A DNA stretch of 64,000 nt from an uncultured Pseudomonadota bacterium (GTDB taxonomy: Bacteria; Oederibacteriota; Muellerivitia; Muellerivitales; Muellerivitaceae): assembly GCA_963836235.1 (NCBI GenBank), contig CAWIIP010000005.1, positions 64,001 to 128,000 of the forward strand. Reading direction: 5' to 3'. Positions 41,636 to 50,681 of the stretch are shown here, piece by piece. Position 1 is the stretch's first letter. Every line of letters starts with the position of its first letter. The notes below the pieces were generated by a model. It was given only the letters and a program-made list of their open reading frames with translations. It ran no database searches and was not told the DNA's origin. A program made the translations under genes and the position numbers.

Positions 41636-42445
41636 TTATCCTTTACGCGCGACGATGAAGTAACAGGCTCCCGGCGCGCCATCGGTGTTGAGGTCTTTGC
41701 GCAACCAATTCGTCGCGAACCACTTGACCGGCCCACGGGGGCCGACGACCCACCGTCCAAATAGAAGTTTGATGATCTTGGAAGGAAAGGCCAGGATCAT
41801 CCAGCGTTCATAGGTATGAAAAGTCTTCAGGGGAATAATGTAGTCGGCCTTTTCCATTTTGAGCCCGGCTTTTTTCAAGCGTTTTTTCCAGATTTCGGCG
41901 TTGTCTACATGGAAGTGCTTGAAGGTTTGATTCAGTTTGTCCACATACAACTTGCCCAAGCCAGAAAGACCCACTTTCGAAAGCAGGTTACGGAAGAAGG
42001 AATCGTTGCTGAAGCATTCGCTAGGGACGGTAATTATCAGGCGGCCCTTAGGCTTCAGCACCCGGTGAATTTCCTTTAAGGCGCCGTCGATATCCGGAAT
42101 ATGTTCCAACACACAATTACTGACCACGGTCTTAAAGGAGTTTTTGGGGAAAGGCAGTTCAGTGGCGCTGGCGCAAAGAGCCTTTTTGTAGCTTTTACTC
42201 TCAACCGCTCTTTTAACCTCGTCCGGGTCTAGGTCAATGCCAGCTTCCAAGTTGCCACCAAAGGCGACCCTAGCCAGGAAGCCATCCCCGCAACCCACGT
42301 CCAAAACAGGATGTTCCAACTTTTCCTTCGAGAATCGGTGGCATTCCATCGAACGCCAAAAAGCCATGGCGATGGGTGTTTTTTCCAGGTATTGGCGAAA
42401 AAATTCCTCACGGCTTCTTGGGTCAATTTTCAAATGCTTCTCCAT
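41636..42445 (-). CDS. Class I SAM-dependent methyltransferase
   Basis: VLDVGCGDG, LPF...SF..V.SNCVLEHIPD, RVLKP.G. Confidence 0.9.
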   Translation of the reverse strand: MEKHLKIDPRSREEFFRQYLEKTPIAMAFWRSMECHRFSKEKLEHPVLDVGCGDGFLARVAFGGNLEAGIDLDPDEVKRAVESKSYKKALCASATELPFPKNSFKTVVSNCVLEHIPDIDGALKEIHRVLKPKGRLIITVPSECFSNDSFFRNLLSKVGLSGLGKLYVDKLNQTFKHFHVDNAEIWKKRLKKAGLKMEKADYIIPLKTFHTYERWMILAFPSKIIKLLFGRWVVGPRGPVKWFATNWLRKDLNTDGAPGACYFIVARKG

Positions 42446-42970
42446 AAAGGACTTGGTTTACTAAAAAGGTACCGAAAATACTTTTAAGCAACCTGTTAAA
42501 AGTATCTTAGTTTACCAGTAAAGGGTCGTTTCCGGATTGCCAACTTTAAAATCTTCTAAAAAATTGTGCTGAACTACCTTCCCGGCACTAATGTAATCAG
42601 CCAATTCTTCGCTCGGTCCGAACTCCCGGAGACCAACAACGCGGCGTCAAAATCCGAATGACAAAGCGAAACTTTCCTCCCTTTTGACATTTAACTGGAA
42701 AATTGGTCTTGATCGGCTCCGAAGCTTAAAGCCAAAAGACTTAAAGTGATTGACCTTCTAAAACTGGATCGTAAAATCATGTCTCGGGATATTTGTTTAG
42801 CTTTAGTCAATTTGATTCAGTGGATGAGAGCTAAAACTCGATTGGGTGGTTGATGTCCATTTGCCGCAAGCTCCAAATCCGGGTTAATACGCCAACAAAG
42901 CTTCTAACGATATAATCATGGGAATGTATCAACCTAAAATGTCTAAGTTTGGGATCTCATCGGAGGGTTT

Positions 42971-43993
42971 ATGTCGTCGTTGAAAAGCACAAACACCAGT
43001 CAAGAAAACTTGGGAAATTCCAACCATCAACCGGCGCCAATGCCGCTTCAGGGAACGCCCCGGGCATCAGGCGGGGGCAAAACCTTCGTCCGGATTTTGA
43101 TCGCCCTCGTGTTGATTGCGGGCGTGGCGGGAAGCTTGTATTTTTTCCTGGGGAAAACCCCTAAAGATTTCAAAGTCCAGTCCCTCGTTACCTTTTACGG
43201 AAATAACAACAAATGCGGGGCTTTTAATGCCTGGGGCATCGGGCCCGTTGGGAAGGACAAGGTGATGGTGGTGGACCAAGCGAACAACCGCATCTTGGTT
43301 TTCGATCGAAAAGGTAACTTCTTAAAAAGCTGGGGAAAACTCGGATCGGGCCCTATGGGCTTTCATAGCCCCACTGGAATGGTTTCGGACGACAAAATCG
43401 GCTACGTGATCGACTCCTGGAACAGCGCCATCAAAGGTTATGACGAAAATGGAAAACAAGTGTTTAAGCTTGATTTGGGAGACAAAAAGCTTTACGGCCC
43501 CCGGGGAATCGGCTTTGACGGAAAGAATTTCCTCCTGGCCGACACGGGAAACCATCGGATCCTTTTGATCACACCCGATGGCCATACCGCCGTCTTTTGG
43601 GGAACAATGGGTGCAGAAGAAGGTCAATTCAATGAACCCGCTGATGTCGTTTCAGACGGCAAAGGAAATTATTTCGTGGCGGACACGCTAAACAACCGCG
43701 TCCAATGGTTAGATCAAGATGGAAAGGTGGTTAAAGTTTTTAAATTAGAAAAGAATGTAGCGGTTGTAACCCTGGATCAGGACGGAAGGCTTTATGTGTC
43801 AACCGCTACCAAGGATGGAGCCAGTTGCGTAATGGTTTACAGTCTCAAAAAGGGTTACTTGGGCGAACTTAAGGACGAAAACGGCTCTTTGGTTCCGGTG
43901 GACCGAGGCATGGCGGTTAGTTCAGATGATGTTTTAATGATTGCAGACAGTGACCACGTTAATTTGTACCAAGTGCCTGCCACTGACCCCTGA
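42971..43993 (+). CDS. Membrane-anchored NHL-repeat protein (inverted paralog of 34012-35034)
   Basis: Same 340-aa length; shared GPVGKDKVMVVDQ, LYGPRGI, ADTGNHRI; GGAGG RBS. Confidence 0.85.
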   Translation: MSSLKSTNTSQENLGNSNHQPAPMPLQGTPRASGGGKTFVRILIALVLIAGVAGSLYFFLGKTPKDFKVQSLVTFYGNNNKCGAFNAWGIGPVGKDKVMVVDQANNRILVFDRKGNFLKSWGKLGSGPMGFHSPTGMVSDDKIGYVIDSWNSAIKGYDENGKQVFKLDLGDKKLYGPRGIGFDGKNFLLADTGNHRILLITPDGHTAVFWGTMGAEEGQFNEPADVVSDGKGNYFVADTLNNRVQWLDQDGKVVKVFKLEKNVAVVTLDQDGRLYVSTATKDGASCVMVYSLKKGYLGELKDENGSLVPVDRGMAVSSDDVLMIADSDHVNLYQVPATDP

Positions 43994-44096
43994 TGGTTGT
44001 AAATTCGATCTTATTAGAAAACGTTCACCGAATCGGGCGAGCTTTAAAAAGCTTCCTGCCGACAGAATTTAAAAAAAAGTTAAACCTTAATTCGCA

Positions 44097-45991
44097 TTAT
44101 CTACGCTTCTTAACCTTCGGCTTCTTCCCTAGAACGCGCCATATCCCATAGGACAAGAATCCCGCGCAGGTGGCGAAGGCATCTCCGGTAGCGGCCTCGC
44201 CGGTATTCTCATCCACCGATTCACAGGCGATCCCATTGTCCATTTTGGCGTTCTTGAGAAACTTCAAGGCCCTGTCTTTTTGCTCCGCCAGCAGGCTGTT
44301 CACCGAAGCCAAAACCCAGGGGTGGGGGGCGTGGGCGCAGCCCACTTCCTCAAAGGGCTTGCCCGGGAAGGAATAGGGATAGTCCGCCGAGTAAATCCAA
44401 TCCCGGCACCTCTTCCAAAGGGGGTAAGAAACCTTGCAAAATCCGTAATGGGGCAGAAGCAAAAGACTTCCGGGCGGTTCGTCGTAAAGCATGTGGCCGT
44501 TTTTCGGTTCCAGGTCCGCCGACCAGGCGAACATGCGGCCCTTGGGGCCCTTCACCACGCAATAGCGGATGATGGCGGCCTTCACCAGGCCCGCTTGGCG
44601 TTGGAGGCGGCTGATTTTGACCGACAAAAGCTTGTTCTTCTCCATGCGGTAAATCTGAGCTAAGTCCATCAAGGCCCGCCAGACCAGGACGTTGTCGTAG
44701 GTCACATAGCGTTGGGGCCAAGGGTCATCGGAGGGCAGTAGCCAGGTTTGGTACAGGTCTTTCTTAGGGTGCTTCTTCAGCTGCCAATTCCCTCTCGAAC
44801 CTCTCCAGGCTTTCCCGAACCCCCGGCTGGTTTAAAAAGCCCAGGTCCCGGGTGGCCTCCAGGTAATTCCTCAGGGCGATCAACTGGCGCGCAAAACTCA
44901 TCCAGTTCAAACCCCGGTTCCAATACCGCCCCGTTCAAATAACGGCTATGCACTCCGAAATTCCTCGCCTGCCGGGTAAAGACGTAACCCAGGACTTTCC
45001 GGGCCCATTCCGGGTCCAAGGCCAGAATCGAGGGGAAGGACCAAAGCAGGGTATCCCTGTCCCAATAGGCCCCACTGACATAATAACGGTTGCTTCGGGA
45101 AGTCAGGCAAACCGTTTCTTCCGTGTCGATGGTCACCCCGGTCGCGTAAAAGCGGTTGAAGAAGGCGTTCACGTTCATCAGGCTATCCAGCTGGGGGTCC
45201 TTGGTTTTGGTGGTCCGCTGTTTCTCTCCCAGCCACTTCACCGTTTGCTGCCGGAGGGCCTTCCCGCCCGTCCTTTGCAGTTCCCTAGCGGAGGAGAAGG
45301 CGCCGATCTCATCCAACCCGAGCCCGAAATAAAAGTGGGCCTGCCAGGCCTCTCCCTTTTTCACTTCCTTGGATTGAAGCCAATGTAAAAGCAGGCTCTC
45401 CTCCCCTTCCAATAAGGTTTCCCGTCCCGTGGGATTTAAGGCTTGAAGGCCTTTGCGGAAGAAGAAGCGGCTGGTCTTATCTTGGGGATAGGGTGCCAAG
45501 GCAACCAGGGGGGCGGGCGAACGGAATTCGAGGGCCGGCATGTCCTCCCAAGTCTTGGCCACTAAAAAGCGGCTTCCTTGGAGGGGTTTGGTGACATTGA
45601 TGCTATGCAAAAGGGAAGACCAAGCTATATCCGCAGAAAGGCCGCAATAGAAGGAGTTCTGGGAAAGGTTGGAGATCCTCAGGGAAAGAACAAAACCCCT
45701 TTGGCCGAAGGGGCAAAAGTAAAGACCTTCCACTTCCAGCCAATCTTCCTTCAGACGGAACTTCGGCAGCCAGTCCCCTTCCCTTTCCCAGGTGAAGCGG
45801 CCATCCAGGACCAAATCCTCGTCATTGATGGTGATCCGGGGGGTCAAAAAGGGGGTCGCCCCTCCTGAAAAAGCCAATAGGCCGTTCGCGCCCATGTGAA
45901 TGACATTCACCTGTTCCACCGCCCCATCCCTTTCACGGATGGTTGGCAGGGCCACATACTCGTTGCCAGTCGGGATGTATTTTTCTTTCAT
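44097..45991 (-). pseudogene. GH125 metal-independent alpha-mannosidase-like gene split by two +1 frameshifts (pseudogene or sequencing error)
   Basis: YWDRD, EPGFELDE, LLPSDD, TYDN, YDEPPGSL, CESVD, FATCAG; single extra bases near 44882 and 44784 interrupt one continuous 630-aa frame. Confidence 0.72.
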
Positions 45992-46063
45992 TCAATCATT
46001 TCCTTTAAGCCGTCTTTGCCGGGGATTTCCGGAACATCATAACGATGTTTTGAAGCCGTATCC

Positions 46064-48157
46064 TCACTGATTCGATGGCCGGTAAGCCCCCTGTTGCACC
46101 AGGTAATCCAGGCCCCTTTTGGCCTCCGCGTGATCCGGTTGGAGTTTCAACACCTTTTCGAATAATTTGCCCGCCAGGGCATTATTGCCCGTCTGTAAAG
46201 CCACGACGGCCCAGTTGAAATAAGCGACGATATATTGGGGATCGAGTTGGGCGGCCTTTTCATACCAAGCCAAGGCATCGTTCACCCGGCCTACGTGGTA
46301 ACAAGCGTTCCCCAGGTTATAGGCATATTGAGCATTTTGGGGGTCCCATTTCTGGGCCCACTGGAAACAATTCAAAGACCTCTCATAATCCTGTTCAAGT
46401 GTCAACAAATCAGCGGCCTTGGAATGGGACGTGAGTTGGGCCTTGGCGTCGTCCCCCTTGTCCTCATAAAAAGTCCCCAGGCTGTTGCGGAAAACGCCGT
46501 AATCCTTATAAATAAAATTGCGAGTCTGATCATCCATGACAAACCCGGCTTCCACCATGTGCCTCAACCTCAGGGCGTTCCAAACCGCGTCGGAACGGGC
46601 CTCGTCCAGAACCAGCTTTTCCCCCGGCAAAAAACCCTTACCCGTCACCCCATAAAGAACCATTTTAATTTCCGGCAGGGGCCCGTCTTTATAACGGTTA
46701 TAGCTGAAATAAAGTTCCCGGTCCGGGTTCTTATCGATCATCCATTTCGCCAAGGGGGATACCGCTTCATTACCCATCGGCTGGGTGGTTCGGGGAACTT
46801 TCAAACCCGGATGGAATCGGGCCAGATTCGCCCGTACCCATTCCATAGGCAAGCCGTCGATACCCACCATCGCGACGTCGGGACGCTTTTGTTCCACCCA
46901 TTGGAAATACCAGGCGGGAAAAATGATGGTGTCGCCCCGGCAAAGGTACAAGGCGTTTCGGGGAAGGGCCTTGAATCCGTTCAAAACCGAATCGTAGGAA
47001 TAGGTGTAATCAGTCTGCCTTTCGGTGGAAAAACGATGGACGGCCAACCCCACCAGCCAAAGAAGAACAAAGCCAAAAATTATTTTTTCAATCCTCGGTC
47101 TCCATTCCGCCTTCAAAATTGAAAGACCGGTTTCCAAACCCCAGGCCGAAAACAGAAGAATGAACAAATGGGCGGTCATCCCATACTCTTGGATGAGAAA
47201 AAACTTTTCCTTTGAGAGATTCAGGTAAATTCCTAAAATCAAAACGATGGAAACCCACGGCGCGATAAATACCCAAGCCCAGGATTTCAGGGGAGACCAC
47301 CGTCGAACCGCGTAGATTCCCCCGAAAGCCGCCAAAAGCATTCCCCCAAATTCCCAGAAAGCCGCTTGAAGATAGGTCCACCACTGTTGAAACCAGACCA
47401 AGGGACCCCCACCCACATCGGGCGCCAGATATTGGCTTCTTAAAAAGTCATAAACAAAGTTATGCCACGTGACGGGATTGCCCCAATTCAAAGCCGGGCC
47501 TTGAAGCGACCTCAGGGGAAGTAAAAGATAAAGGGAAAGGCCCAATAAGCCGGCGGAAGCCAATTGGATCAAGGGCTTTTGTTCAAACCCTTTTTCCTTC
47601 CATCTAAAATAAAAGAAAAGGCTGAAGCCCGGAAGGTAAGCCATCATGGTCATCCAGTGATTGGCGAAGGAAAGCCCCAAAAGAAAGCCAAAAAATAATA
47701 GGCGCCCTTCGAAGAAGGCCCAAAGGATCGCCAGAACGAAAAGAGCCGTCAATTGATAGATACCGGTCTTGGCGCTTAAGGCGGCCGGAAAGGTGGTGGC
47801 CCCGGCCAGCCAAAAGAGGGCGAAAAGGGCGGCCCATCGGTTGGAGACATGGAGTTTTTGCCTCAAAAAACCGTAAAGCAGCAGGCAAACCCCCGCCGCC
47901 AGACAGGCGGACAAGAGGTTCACCCGGAAGGGGTAATGGGACAGGGGAAGGCGGGAGAAAAGGAACCCCATTAGGGTGAAAAGGGGGTAACCGGGCGGGT
48001 GGGGTATCCCCAAACTCACACTGGCGGTGACTGTTTCCGGGCTGTCATCCGCGTAGAAAGTGGGATTCAGCCCCACCAGAGCGAAGGAAAAAACCAGAAA
48101 AACCAGGAGAAAGGGCGTCAGCCGCTCCCATCGGTTGGTTGGGGGAAGGTTGTCCAT
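46064..48157 (-). CDS. DUF2723/TMEM260-like GT-C protein O-mannosyltransferase homolog with C-terminal TPRs
   Basis: DDSPE....SLGIPHPPGYPL, RVN..SA, GLS..NH, YL.LPLRS, P.LNWG.P, GD..FP.WY.Q..E..RPDV; TPR AYNLG, AYFN. Confidence 0.85.
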   Translation of the reverse strand: MDNLPPTNRWERLTPFLLVFLVFSFALVGLNPTFYADDSPETVTASVSLGIPHPPGYPLFTLMGFLFSRLPLSHYPFRVNLLSACLAAGVCLLLYGFLRQKLHVSNRWAALFALFWLAGATTFPAALSAKTGIYQLTALFVLAILWAFFEGRLLFFGFLLGLSFANHWMTMMAYLPGFSLFFYFRWKEKGFEQKPLIQLASAGLLGLSLYLLLPLRSLQGPALNWGNPVTWHNFVYDFLRSQYLAPDVGGGPLVWFQQWWTYLQAAFWEFGGMLLAAFGGIYAVRRWSPLKSWAWVFIAPWVSIVLILGIYLNLSKEKFFLIQEYGMTAHLFILLFSAWGLETGLSILKAEWRPRIEKIIFGFVLLWLVGLAVHRFSTERQTDYTYSYDSVLNGFKALPRNALYLCRGDTIIFPAWYFQWVEQKRPDVAMVGIDGLPMEWVRANLARFHPGLKVPRTTQPMGNEAVSPLAKWMIDKNPDRELYFSYNRYKDGPLPEIKMVLYGVTGKGFLPGEKLVLDEARSDAVWNALRLRHMVEAGFVMDDQTRNFIYKDYGVFRNSLGTFYEDKGDDAKAQLTSHSKAADLLTLEQDYERSLNCFQWAQKWDPQNAQYAYNLGNACYHVGRVNDALAWYEKAAQLDPQYIVAYFNWAVVALQTGNNALAGKLFEKVLKLQPDHAEAKRGLDYLVQQGAYRPSNQ

Positions 48158-48260
48158 AGACGGGACATTTTAACCAAGGATGAATAAAGAAGAGTTTAAA
48201 TTTTAAGAATTTACGGCCATATCAACCACGACTATTGGAGTTAACCCAACTTCGTCGCGA

Positions 48261-48416
48261 TTAGTTGCTCCGGCGTCCACCGGATCGGCGGTCCCCTTTG
48301 CGCGGAGCCCCGGGGCGTTTGTCGATCAACCGGCCCGGAAAACGCCGGTCACCTGGTTTCCGGCGTTCAGCTTTTCGTTTATTGATAACGGCACCGGTCT
48401 TTTTCTTTTTCAACAT
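48261..48416 (-). CDS. Small Arg/Lys-rich protein (51 aa), not in ORF track
   Basis: AAGGAGG RBS 7 nt before ATG, directly after the ptsI stop; MLKKKKTGAVINKRKAERRKPGDRRFPGRLIDKRPGAPRKGDRRSGGRRSN. Confidence 0.65.
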   Translation of the reverse strand: MLKKKKTGAVINKRKAERRKPGDRRFPGRLIDKRPGAPRKGDRRSGGRRSN

Positions 48417-48433
48417 GCCCAAGCCTCCTTACC

Positions 48434-50182
48434 CTAAAACAAAATGGCCCGTAACTCGGACGGAACGTTATCTCGGATCAGCTTCAACACCTCATCGGAG
48501 GTCTTCATTTGCAGGGCGGCCTTGGCGATTTCCTTGGATTTCTCGAAGGGCATCATGCGGATGACCTTCTTGATTTCCGGGATGACGGAAACGCTCACCG
48601 AAAACTCATCCAGCCCCATCCCCAGCAGAAGCGGGACAAACTGTGGGTCGCCGGCCATCTCGCCGCACATGCCTACCCATTTCCCGGCGTTGTGGCAGGC
48701 GTCCACCGTCATCCGAATCAGCCGCAGGATAGCGGGATTAAGCGGGTCATAAAGATAAGCCACCGATTCGTTCACCCGGTCCACCGCCAGGGTATATTGG
48801 ATGAGGTCGTTGGTACCAATCGAAAGGAAGTCCAGTTCTTGAATGAGAATATCCGCCACTACCGCCGCGGAGGGGATTTCGATCATGGCGCCCACCTCGA
48901 TGCCGGAACGGAAAATCTGCCCCTCTTTCTTCAACTGTTGAACGCACTGGTTGAGGAGCACTTTTGATTCACGAACTTCCGCCAAGGTGGAAATCATCGG
49001 AAACATAACTTTGATAGGCCCATGGGCCGCGGCTTTGAGGATGGCCCGAAGCTGGGCCTTAAAAAGGTCCGGGCGCTTCAGGCATAAACGGATGGCCCTT
49101 AACCCCAGGAAAGGATTACTTTCGTTGAAGGCGTTGAGGTGGGATAAAAACTTATCCCCGCCCAGGTCGAGTGTCCGGATGATGGCTGGATTGACCCCCG
49201 TTTTGGTAGCCAGTTCTTTGTAGGCTAAGTACTGTTCCTCTTCCGTCGGAATCTCCTCCCGGTTCAGGAACAAAAACTCGGTTCGGAAGAGCCCAATCCC
49301 TTCCGCGCCATGCTTGAAAATTTCATCCAATTCCTGGGGAATCTCAATATTGGCGGCCAGGGTCACTTGGTGCCCATCCGGGGTTGTCGCGGGAAGGTTG
49401 CGCAGTTCTTCCAGGCTCTTCTGAAAAGCCTCGTAACTGTCTTTTAACCGCTGATACTGCTTAAGCGTGGGGGGGAGGGGGTTTACCACCACCAGGCCCT
49501 TGTTGCCGTCCACGATGATCATGTCCCCGTCTTGTACTTCGGCGGTAAGAGTTTGCATGCCCAGGACCGCCGGAAGCCCCAAGGAACGGGCGACGATAGC
49601 CACGTGGGAAGTCCGCCCCCCCACATCCGTGCAGAAGCCCTTGACGGTGCCGGTTTGCATGCTGACCGTATCGGAAGGCGCCAGGTCGTTGGCGATAACA
49701 ATGACTTCCCGGTCCAGTTTCTTTAGTTGGTCCTTCTCGGCGCCGGTTAGGTTCTGGACAAGACGATTACCTACGTCCTGGATATCCCCGCCCCTTTCCC
49801 GGAAATAATTATCGTCGAGGGACGCCATAACCGTTTTAAACTTTTCCAGCCCCTCATACAGGAGGAACTCGGCGTTCAAACGGCGGGTTTGGATAGATTT
49901 GGGGATTTCCTCCATGAAAAGGGGGTCATCCAGGACCACTTGGTGGGCTTGGAATATCGCGGCGTGTTCTTCCCCTAATTTCGCCTTCATCTTTTCTTCA
50001 AGTTCCGAGATTTGGACACGGGTTTTCTCGAGCGATAACTGGTAACGGTCCAGTTCGTCCTTGATCTCCTCGGCCCTTAAATTCCGCCGGGGCGCGGAAA
50101 GACCTTGCGGATGGTAAAGAAAAGCGGGGCCGATGGCGATGCCGCCGGAAGCCGGAATTCCATTGTAAATTTTCTCTGCCAC
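48434..50182 (-). CDS. ptsI: PTS enzyme I
   Basis: GGRTSH, GIGLFRTEF, RTLDLGGDK, NPFLGLRAIR, SIGTNDL, GMCGE; GTG 50182 fits the AAGGAG RBS better than TTG 50188. Confidence 0.96.
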   Translation of the reverse strand: MAEKIYNGIPASGGIAIGPAFLYHPQGLSAPRRNLRAEEIKDELDRYQLSLEKTRVQISELEEKMKAKLGEEHAAIFQAHQVVLDDPLFMEEIPKSIQTRRLNAEFLLYEGLEKFKTVMASLDDNYFRERGGDIQDVGNRLVQNLTGAEKDQLKKLDREVIVIANDLAPSDTVSMQTGTVKGFCTDVGGRTSHVAIVARSLGLPAVLGMQTLTAEVQDGDMIIVDGNKGLVVVNPLPPTLKQYQRLKDSYEAFQKSLEELRNLPATTPDGHQVTLAANIEIPQELDEIFKHGAEGIGLFRTEFLFLNREEIPTEEEQYLAYKELATKTGVNPAIIRTLDLGGDKFLSHLNAFNESNPFLGLRAIRLCLKRPDLFKAQLRAILKAAAHGPIKVMFPMISTLAEVRESKVLLNQCVQQLKKEGQIFRSGIEVGAMIEIPSAAVVADILIQELDFLSIGTNDLIQYTLAVDRVNESVAYLYDPLNPAILRLIRMTVDACHNAGKWVGMCGEMAGDPQFVPLLLGMGLDEFSVSVSVIPEIKKVIRMMPFEKSKEIAKAALQMKTSDEVLKLIRDNVPSELRAILF

Positions 50183-50201
50183 GAACAACTCCTTTAAATT
50201 T

Positions 50202-50286
50202 CAGCCATTGGCGGTCAGCGGGTGGCTGGCAGCTTGTTTATCTTTCATATTTTGCTGACAGCCATCGGCTGCCGGCTAAAAGCCGG
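50202..50286. repeat. Intergenic REP-like inverted repeat built of CAGC/GCTG units
   Basis: cagccattggcggtcagc (50202-50219) vs gctgacagccatcggctg (50254-50271), plus ccggct-aaa-agccgg hairpin. Confidence 0.5.
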
Positions 50287-50287
50287 T

Positions 50288-50560
50288 TTATTCCTTTTCC
50301 CCGAACTTGTTTGCGAATAGCTGTTTTAAAGCCGCCAAGGCTTCTTTGGCGTCGTCACCCTCGGCCGTCATTTCCAATTCCGTTCCCTTGGCCGCGGCCA
50401 AAGTCATCAGGCCCATCAGGCTTTTAGCATTTACGTTTTGAATGCCGTGGTTGATAAAAATCTGGCTTTTGAATTTATTGGACACCTTCACCAACTCCGC
50501 GGCGGCCCTTAAATGAAGCCCCAGCTTATTGATGATGGGCAATTTTTCGGTTACTTTCAT
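50288..50560 (-). CDS. ptsH: Phosphocarrier protein HPr
   Basis: NKLGLH(15)LRAA, NAKS(46)LMGLM, AEGDD. Confidence 0.95.
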   Translation of the reverse strand: MKVTEKLPIINKLGLHLRAAAELVKVSNKFKSQIFINHGIQNVNAKSLMGLMTLAAAKGTELEMTAEGDDAKEALAALKQLFANKFGEKE

Positions 50561-50681
50561 TGGACTCCCCTTTGATCCTTCATTCTCCTACCCCCAAAAG
50601 AAGAGGGGGCGCCATCTTGTCTTTCATAAAAGGGTTGAACTTCAACCCGAAAACGAGAAAGAAGATGGCATGTCCCCTGTT

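Noticed and set aside
44777-44890. Programmed frameshifting in the GH125 gene
   Set aside because: No slippery heptamer or long homopolymer, and two independent shifts would be needed
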